A stretch of 64,000 nucleotides of DNA from Eremomyces bilateralis CBS 781.70 (taxonomy: Eukaryota): NCBI GenBank assembly GCA_010015585.1, contig ML975161.1, one strand, 5' to 3'. Position 1 is the first letter of the stretch; each line of letters opens with the position of its first letter. The notes beneath the pieces are model-generated. The model made no database searches. It was not told where the DNA came from and was given only the letters and a program-made list of their open reading frames with translations. The position numbers and the translations under genes are program-made. This document shows, in pieces, positions 63,788-64,000 of the stretch.

Positions 63788-64000
63788 ATGGCAAGGCCCT
63801 CAGTGCCCAACCATCACCAGTACAAGAGCACTTCTCAACCGAGGAGCTACAGAGGGACCAACAAAGAGCTGGGGAGCGAGCGAAACGACTCGACACGAAG
63901 CGACGGACGCAGTTCTTCGAAGATCAATTCCGGTATAAGGCAGGAGACAGCTCGGGCAGAGAGAATGCGTTGAATAATTCCCCCGTGGTTGCAGACCTCC
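63788..64000 (+). CDS. Possible 5' exon of a gene running off the window
   Basis: GCAATGG start context, MARPSVP..., possible donor GTATAA near 63933; no recognisable domain. Confidence 0.25.

Overview
Gene-dense DNA from a filamentous ascomycete (Pezizomycotina): short GT-AG introns with CTRAC branch sites and typical fungal gene families. Conserved genes include a Pex22-like peroxin, a ZNF511-like zinc-finger protein, a PAC4/Poc4-like proteasome chaperone, sideroflexin, a PLP aminotransferase, GH55 glucanase, PAN3, a UBX protein and SWC5. The first ~21 kb is accessory and partly decaying: a FunK1 kinase pseudogene, a TA-flanked MITE, a HET gene fused to a Pex13-type SH3 domain, a local duplication carrying two GFA genes, and a tannase pseudogene. 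The most unusual signals are: (1) an 828-nt, hairpin-rich intron in the Poc4-like gene, which is also flanked by repeat arrays; (2) the HET::Pex13-SH3 fusion, head-to-head with the Pex22-like gene, whose SH3 module recurs behind a Myb-like remnant; (3) a secreted protein with PHM/DBH-like copper-ligand motifs; (4) a recurrent C-rich to G-rich switch on the sense strand inside many CDSs. All family assignments are by motif recognition; no searches were run.
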